The translations under genes were made by a program, and so were the position numbers. The notes beneath the pieces were generated by a model. The model ran no database searches. It was not told the origin of the DNA and saw only the letters and a list, made by a program, of their open reading frames with translations. Below, in pieces: positions 58,815 to 64,000 of a stretch of 64,000 bases of DNA (position 1 is the first letter of the stretch; each line of letters begins with the position of its first letter). This DNA comes from Acidimicrobiia bacterium (GTDB lineage Bacteria > Actinomycetota > Acidimicrobiia > IMCC26256 > JBMOIJ01): assembly GCA_049317385.1 (NCBI GenBank), contig JBMOIJ010000004.1:45591-109590 (forward strand), given 5' to 3'.

Positions 58815-60029
58815 GTGACGGACTTCTCGCTCGAGCTGAACGAGGACCAGCTCCAGATCACCAAGTGGGTCCATGACTTCGCAGAGGACATTGTGCGGCC
58901 GGCCGCGCACGAATGGGACGAGCGGGAAGAGACGCCATGGCCCATCATCGAAGAGGCCGCCAAGATCGGTCTCTATTCGTGGGACTTCCTGGCGCAGGCG
59001 TTCGCCGACCCCACCGGACTGATGCTCGCGCTCGTGAGCGAAGAGTTGTTCTGGGGTGACGCTGGCATTGGTCTCTCCATCTTCGGGAGCGCGCTGGCCG
59101 TCACCGGCATCGTGGGCAACGGCACGCCCGAACAGGTGGGCGAGTGGGTGCCGCAGTGTTACGGCACCCCCGACAAGGTGCAGCTCGGCGCGTTCTGTGT
59201 GAGCGAACCCGACGCCGGCTCCGACGTGTCGTCGTTGCGCACGCGCGCGGTCTACGACGAAACGAAAGACGAGTGGGTGCTGAACGGCACCAAGACCTGG
59301 ATCACCAACGGTGGTATCGCCGACGTACACGTCGTGGTCGCCGCCGTCGACCCCGAACTGAAGTCACGCGGTCACGCGAGCTTCGTAGTTCCGCCGAACA
59401 CGCCGGGCCTGTCACAGGGCCAGAAGTTCAAGAAGATGGGCATTCGCGCGTCGCACACCGCCGAAGTGGTACTCGACGACGTGCGCGTACCTGGTTCGTG
59501 TCTGCTCGGTGGCAAAGAGAAGCTCGACGAGCGTCTCGCCCGCGTGCGCGAGGGCAAGAGTTCCAAGACGCAGGCGGCGATGAGTACGTTCGAGGCGTCC
59601 CGTCCACTGGTGGGCGCGCAGGCCGTCGGCATTGCGCGTGCGGCGTACGAGTACGCGCTCGAGTACGCGAAGGAACGGCGCGCGTTCGGTCGGGCCATCA
59701 TCGAGAACCAGGGCATCAGCTTCAAGCTCGCCGACATGCGCATGGAGATCGACGCTGCTCGCCTGCTCGTGTGGCGGGCGTGTTGGATGGCGCGCACCGG
59801 GAAGAAGTTCGAAGCCGGTGAAGGTTCGATGAGTAAGCTGAAGGCCGGCGAAGTGGCCATGAAGGTCACCGAGGAAGCGATCCAGATCCTCGGTGGGTAC
59901 GGCTACGTGCGCGAGTACCCGGTGGAACGCTGGCACCGCGACGCGAAGATCTACACGATCTTCGAAGGCACCTCCGAGATCCAGCGGCTCGTGGTCGCCC
60001 GTGCGGTGAGCGGCCTCCACCTGCCGTAA
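58815..60029 (+). CDS. acyl-CoA dehydrogenase
   Basis: ACAD layout ([31 protein letters not shown]). There is an AAGGAGAG RBS before GTG 58815. Confidence 0.92.
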   Translation: MTDFSLELNEDQLQITKWVHDFAEDIVRPAAHEWDEREETPWPIIEEAAKIGLYSWDFLAQAFADPTGLMLALVSEELFWGDAGIGLSIFGSALAVTGIVGNGTPEQVGEWVPQCYGTPDKVQLGAFCVSEPDAGSDVSSLRTRAVYDETKDEWVLNGTKTWITNGGIADVHVVVAAVDPELKSRGHASFVVPPNTPGLSQGQKFKKMGIRASHTAEVVLDDVRVPGSCLLGGKEKLDERLARVREGKSSKTQAAMSTFEASRPLVGAQAVGIARAAYEYALEYAKERRAFGRAIIENQGISFKLADMRMEIDAARLLVWRACWMARTGKKFEAGEGSMSKLKAGEVAMKVTEEAIQILGGYGYVREYPVERWHRDAKIYTIFEGTSEIQRLVVARAVSGLHLP

Positions 60030-60042
60030 CCCCTCCACCCTT

Positions 60043-60096
60043 CCCTTTTGGCGCGCGATGGGGTGCGTTCCTGCCCCCGTCCGCGCGCCAAAAGGG
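60043..60096. terminator. 15-bp perfect inverted repeat with a 24-nt spacer
   Basis: cccttttggcgcgcg (60043-60057) and cgcgcgccaaaaggg (60082-60096), starting 14 nt after the ACAD stop. The function (terminator or protein-binding site) is unresolved. Confidence 0.45.
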
Positions 60097-60267
60097 CAGG
60101 TGAAGGTAACGAACGGGCGAACGGCGGGCAGCCGGTCGTGGCCCGGTCGAACAAGTCGTGAACCGGTACGGGTGTTCTCGGCGAACTCGGGTGCACGGCG
60201 CACAAGTCTTGGTCACGATGCCTCCGTGGGGCGGCGCGGGAGTGCTCTGGACGGCGATGTCGTCGCA

Positions 60268-62931
60268 ATGGGCGACGACGGCAATTTCGACCGCGTGCAG
60301 CGTTGGTGGTTCGCGCAGCGTGAACTTCGCCCGGGCAAGCTGATCAGCGCCGTCGTGGCCGCTGCCAGGCGGGGAGTGGTCATCGCCGCGCCCTTCATGC
60401 AACGGCGCGAACTCGACGTACTGCTCCGGGCGGTCGACCCGTCGGTACGGGTCAGTGTCATCACCAACTGGAACGAAGCGGCGCTGCGCAATGGTGCCAC
60501 CGATCCCACGGTGTACGAGCTGTTGCGCAACCGTCCGAACACGACACTCGCGCACAACCCGTGGCTGCACGCGAAGTACTACCGCGGTGACGGTGTGGTC
60601 GCGACCGGCTCGGCCAACCTCACCCGTGCCGGTTTCGGCAGTGGTTTTGGAACCGACAACCTCGAGTCCATCGTTCCCATCTCGTTCGATACGCCGTACG
60701 CGCAGCAACTCGAAGCAGCCGTGCATTTCGCTGCCCCAATCTCCGAGGAGCAGTACCAATGGGCGCTTGCGACATTTCGTGAGCACGCGCTCGAAGCTGG
60801 TACCGCGCCCCTCGACCCGAGCCTGGTTTCCATCTGGGATCACCAGAAAGAAGCGCTGGATGCGCTCGAAGCCACGCGCCTCTTCGGGCAGGACCGCGGG
60901 TTGGTGGTCATGGCGACCGGCACCGGCAAGACCTACACCGCCGCGCTCGATGCGGCGCGGGTTGCAGGCGACGGTCGGGTGCTCTTCATCGCGCACCAGC
61001 GCGAGATCCTCGAGCAGGCGGCAACGACCTTTGCGGCCGCGCTCGACGATCCGTCGGTCGCCTGGTTCGTCGGTCGGCGGAGTGCGGAGGGGATCGAATC
61101 GGCGCAGGTCGTGTTCGCAACGTGGGGCCGCTTCGAGGCGTTCCGACGGAAGTTCGGCCACGAGCCGTTTGCGCCCGACGCGTTCGACTACGTGGTGGTT
61201 GACGAAGCGCACCACGCACCGGCGCCCACGCACGCGCGCACGATCGAAGGACTCGATCCGCGCTTCATGCTCGCGCTCACCGCCACGCCCGACCGGCTCG
61301 ACGATGGCGGCGTCGAGCGAAGTGGCGACGGCAAGGTCGAATCACTCTTCGGCGCCCCGGTGTACGAGCTGGCGCTCGAGGACGCGCTGGCGCGCGGGAT
61401 CCTCGCGCCCGTCGACTACCGGCTCATCGCCGACGACCTCGACGCGCAGCTCGCCGAGATGGCCATCACCGAACAGTGGTCGAAGGAGCGCCTGAACCGC
61501 GACCTCTTCGTGCCGCGTCACGATGCCGAGGTTGCACGGATCATCGGAGATCATGCGCAGGAACTCGGAAACCCGCGCAGCATCGTCTTCTGTTCGTCGA
61601 TCGACCATGCCAACGCAATGGCGGCGCAGCTGCCGGGCGCAGAGGCGTTGCACTCGATGCTTCCCAAGCGCGTCCGCGAGGACATAGTCGACCGATTCCG
61701 GTCGGGCGAGTTGGCGACCGTCGTCACGATCGACCTCTTCAATGAAGGTATCGACGTGCCCGAGGTCGACCTCGTGGTGTTCCTGCGGTCCACTGCGTCG
61801 AAACGCATCTGGCTCCAACAGCTCGGTCGTGGGCTGCGCAAGACCGACCACAAGGCGGGCGTGCGGGTACTCGATTTCACGGCCAGCGTGGAGCGCATCC
61901 GGGAAGTGGATGCCGTTCGCCGGAATTTCGCAACCGCGCGCCAGCGCGCTGGGTCCGAACCCGAACGCCGCGCGACCTTGCGCCTCGACACGAGCCGCAT
62001 CGAGTTCACGGAACACGCGTTGGCAATCGTCGATGCGCTGCATCGCATGGAGACGGCGCGTCGCGAGCCGCGCGACTTGACCGAAGCGATTGCGGGTCTC
62101 TACGAATGGGCGCGCGAGCACCACATGGTCGATGGCCACCGTTACACCGACGCCGATCGAGAACGCTGGTATCCCTCGGCTGCGCATATCAGTGCCGCGT
62201 GCAACGCGGGGTACACGTGGGGTCCGCGTCGGTGGATCGCCGCAACGGGCGACCGCGGCATCGGTGGCGTGCACGATGCGCTTGGTCTAGCGCCTCGGCC
62301 CGAGCGACGCGACATCGAAACCATCGAAGACGCCGTCGAAGGGCTCTACGAATGGGCCGCGGAACACCTACTCATCGACAGTGTTCCATTCACTGATGCC
62401 GACCGTGCGCACTGGGCGCCAATGGCCCGGGAAGTGGCCGCCGCCAGCCGTGCCGGCTACACGTGGAGCCTGCCGAAGTGGTTCGGCGTGCTCGGCGACA
62501 CGGGTTTGGGAGCGTTGCACGCGGCTATTGGTGTTCGGCCGTCTCGGATCAAGACGATGACGCAGGCAGTCGAGGGGATCTACGAGTGGGCGGCGATGCA
62601 TGTGCGCATCGACGGCAAGGCGTTCAACGATGAGCACCGTCGCACGTGGTACCCAACGGTCCGCCACCTTGCGATGGCCAGCAGCGACCACATGACATGG
62701 AGTCCCACCTCGTGGTTCGCGCACACCGGTGACCAAGGCATCATGGGTGTGCACGCGGCGTTGGGACTTCCCGAGCTCGAGATCCGTCCCGGCCATCGGC
62801 GCATGAACGTGGAAGTGGTCGATGGTGACCGAACGGCCGACCGGTTGATGCAGCGGATGCAATCTGCCCGGTCGGACAATCGTTCGCTCAGCTCTCGGGA
62901 ATCTCGAAACTCACCTGGAGCTTGCCGGTGA
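60268..62931 (+). CDS. HKD (phospholipase-D-type) nuclease domain fused to an SF2 DEAH/ResIII helicase, with a C-terminal triple repeat
   Basis: HKD motif LHAKYYRGDGVVATGSANLT. Helicase motifs are I MATGTGKTYTA, II VVVDEAHHA, III LTATP and VI QQLGRGLR. The start was taken at ATG 60268 (the track ORF begins at 60058). Confidence 0.88.
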   Translation: MGDDGNFDRVQRWWFAQRELRPGKLISAVVAAARRGVVIAAPFMQRRELDVLLRAVDPSVRVSVITNWNEAALRNGATDPTVYELLRNRPNTTLAHNPWLHAKYYRGDGVVATGSANLTRAGFGSGFGTDNLESIVPISFDTPYAQQLEAAVHFAAPISEEQYQWALATFREHALEAGTAPLDPSLVSIWDHQKEALDALEATRLFGQDRGLVVMATGTGKTYTAALDAARVAGDGRVLFIAHQREILEQAATTFAAALDDPSVAWFVGRRSAEGIESAQVVFATWGRFEAFRRKFGHEPFAPDAFDYVVVDEAHHAPAPTHARTIEGLDPRFMLALTATPDRLDDGGVERSGDGKVESLFGAPVYELALEDALARGILAPVDYRLIADDLDAQLAEMAITEQWSKERLNRDLFVPRHDAEVARIIGDHAQELGNPRSIVFCSSIDHANAMAAQLPGAEALHSMLPKRVREDIVDRFRSGELATVVTIDLFNEGIDVPEVDLVVFLRSTASKRIWLQQLGRGLRKTDHKAGVRVLDFTASVERIREVDAVRRNFATARQRAGSEPERRATLRLDTSRIEFTEHALAIVDALHRMETARREPRDLTEAIAGLYEWAREHHMVDGHRYTDADRERWYPSAAHISAACNAGYTWGPRRWIAATGDRGIGGVHDALGLAPRPERRDIETIEDAVEGLYEWAAEHLLIDSVPFTDADRAHWAPMAREVAAASRAGYTWSLPKWFGVLGDTGLGALHAAIGVRPSRIKTMTQAVEGIYEWAAMHVRIDGKAFNDEHRRTWYPTVRHLAMASSDHMTWSPTSWFAHTGDQGIMGVHAALGLPELEIRPGHRRMNVEVVDGDRTADRLMQRMQSARSDNRSLSSRESRNSPGACR
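62083..62796 (+). repeat. three tandem in-frame ~78-82-codon repeats inside the helicase gene
   Basis: The (A/V)xG(L/I)YEWAxxH...D..(F/Y).D..R..W.P......A.....(Y/M)TW....W....GD.G(I/L).(G/A).H.A(L/I)G(L/V) unit starts at 62083, 62329 and 62563, giving periods of 246 and 234 nt. Confidence 0.8.
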
Positions 62932-63712
62932 CCATGGCGCCGAGGAATCCGCCGTCCACGTGAATGGCCTCGCCCGCGACGTACGTCATGTGCGGGCTGT
63001 TGAGGAACACCATCGGCCACGCTTGTTCTTCGGGCAGTGAACGCCGGCCGGACGGCCCAATGAACGCGTCGATGAGGTCCTTGCCGTTCTGCTCTTCGAA
63101 GTACGGCATCATCGCCGTGGTGGTGGGACCCGGGTTCGTGCAGTTGAGGCGAATGCCCTGCGCGATGAGATCGGTGCCCCGGGATGCGACGTACGCGTTG
63201 GTGCACTGCTTCGAAAACGCGTACGCGCTCGCCAACGCAATGGTCTCGGCGTTCGCTTCCACCCACGCCTGCCCTGATTCGAAGTCGGGCGTGTTCACCA
63301 ACGGCATGATGGCTTCGAGATTCTGCTGCCACCCGAGTCCGCCGTTGCTGGCCACGCACACGATGCCGCCACCCGGCGCCATCTTCGGCACCAGCGACTC
63401 GACCAAATGGCGCGCGCCGACGAAGTTGACCGTCATGGTGTCGAGGTCGGAGAACGGCGGCCCGGGCAGACCGGCCACGCTGAACACCGCTTGCACCGGC
63501 CCGTCGATCTTCGAAACCACGTCGTCGATGGAGGCCTTGTCGCGCAGGTCGATGATCATGGATGTGACGCCGGCGAGTTCGGTGGGCTTCACGTCGAGCG
63601 CAATGACGTTCGCGCCCACGTCCACGAGGATCTTCGCCGCCGCCTCGCCCATGCCTGATGCGGCTCCGGTGACCACCACGGTCTTGCCTTCGTAACCCAA
63701 CACGTTGTCCAC
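62888..63712 (-). CDS. short-chain dehydrogenase/reductase (SDR)
   Basis: VVVTGAASGMGEAAA motif and YAFSK (YxxxK). There is a GAGGAG RBS before GTG 63712. Its 3' end overlaps the helicase 3' end by 44 nt. Confidence 0.88.
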   Translation of the reverse strand: MDNVLGYEGKTVVVTGAASGMGEAAAKILVDVGANVIALDVKPTELAGVTSMIIDLRDKASIDDVVSKIDGPVQAVFSVAGLPGPPFSDLDTMTVNFVGARHLVESLVPKMAPGGGIVCVASNGGLGWQQNLEAIMPLVNTPDFESGQAWVEANAETIALASAYAFSKQCTNAYVASRGTDLIAQGIRLNCTNPGPTTTAMMPYFEEQNGKDLIDAFIGPSGRRSLPEEQAWPMVFLNSPHMTYVAGEAIHVDGGFLGAMVTGKLQVSFEIPES

Positions 63713-63774
63713 CGGTACTCCTCGTTGGTCGGTCGTTCGATCCGGGCGCAGTGTCACACCCGCATCAGGCGGTA

Positions 63775-64000
63775 TCAAGCACCAGCCCGGTTCCGGTCCT
63801 GGCGCGCCACCATCATGGCAAGGGCCAGACCGGTCGCGTTCACACTGAAGTGGAGCAGCGCCGGCGCCAGCAGACTCCCGGATCGGAGCCGCAACCAGCA
63901 CAGCAACACCCCGGCGGCACCAGTGGACAGCACCACGATGGCGATGGCAGCGATGCGGCCCCGAGTTCCACTCAGGGCGTCGACTGCGTGCGGGTTCGCC
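63775..64000 (-). CDS. CPBP family intramembrane protease, C-terminal fragment (gene continues beyond the window)
   Basis: The minus-strand frame reads ...LCWLRLRSGSLLAPALLHFSVNATGLALAMMVARQDRNRAGA*, with TGA at 63775-63777. The R..GS....H...N motif is typical of CAAX/CPBP proteases. Confidence 0.6.
   Translation of the reverse strand, partial: ANPHAVDALSGTRGRIAAIAIVVLSTGAAGVLLCWLRLRSGSLLAPALLHFSVNATGLALAMMVARQDRNRAGA

Overview
High-GC (about 68-70% by eye) actinobacterial-type chromosomal segment. Supporting signs are an HU protein with a Lys/Ala-rich tail, a mycothiol-type class III Zn-ADH, frequent GTG/TTG starts and many 4-nt ATGA/GTGA gene overlaps. It may be Acidimicrobiia-like, but that is low confidence. 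I support about 58 protein-coding genes, one initiator tRNA-fMet, one decayed methyltransferase pseudogene, and several hairpins and repeats. I saw no rRNA, CRISPR array, transposase, integrase or phage genes, so this looks like a core-like region rather than an island. Housekeeping genes (ychF, guaB, pgi, msrA, class I FBA, HU) are interleaved with transporters (three MFS, two ABC systems), redox and catabolic enzymes, and two paralogous cell-envelope modules (AT3-SGNH acyltransferase plus GT-C glycosyltransferase). The items most worth a second look are: (1) an orphan 887-aa HKD/PLD-nuclease plus SF2 DEAH-helicase fusion whose C-terminus is three tandem ~80-aa repeats of unknown function (60268-62931); (2) an MFS-TetR-ZnADH / P450-2OG oxygenase-Fae-like cluster, which suggests oxidative demethylation coupled to formaldehyde capture, with a formaldehyde-activating-enzyme homologue in an unexpected host (35549-41547); (3) a 673-aa protein built from four XRE-like HTH modules (10786-12807); (4) duplicated gene 3' ends (after ychF, and a 22-bp tandem spanning a stop codon); (5) three phased A-tracts upstream of the HU gene. 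Many long ORFs in the track are antisense shadow ORFs or N-terminal over-extensions typical of high-GC DNA, and I rejected them. All functional calls come from motif recognition by eye, with no database search, and start codons are best guesses.
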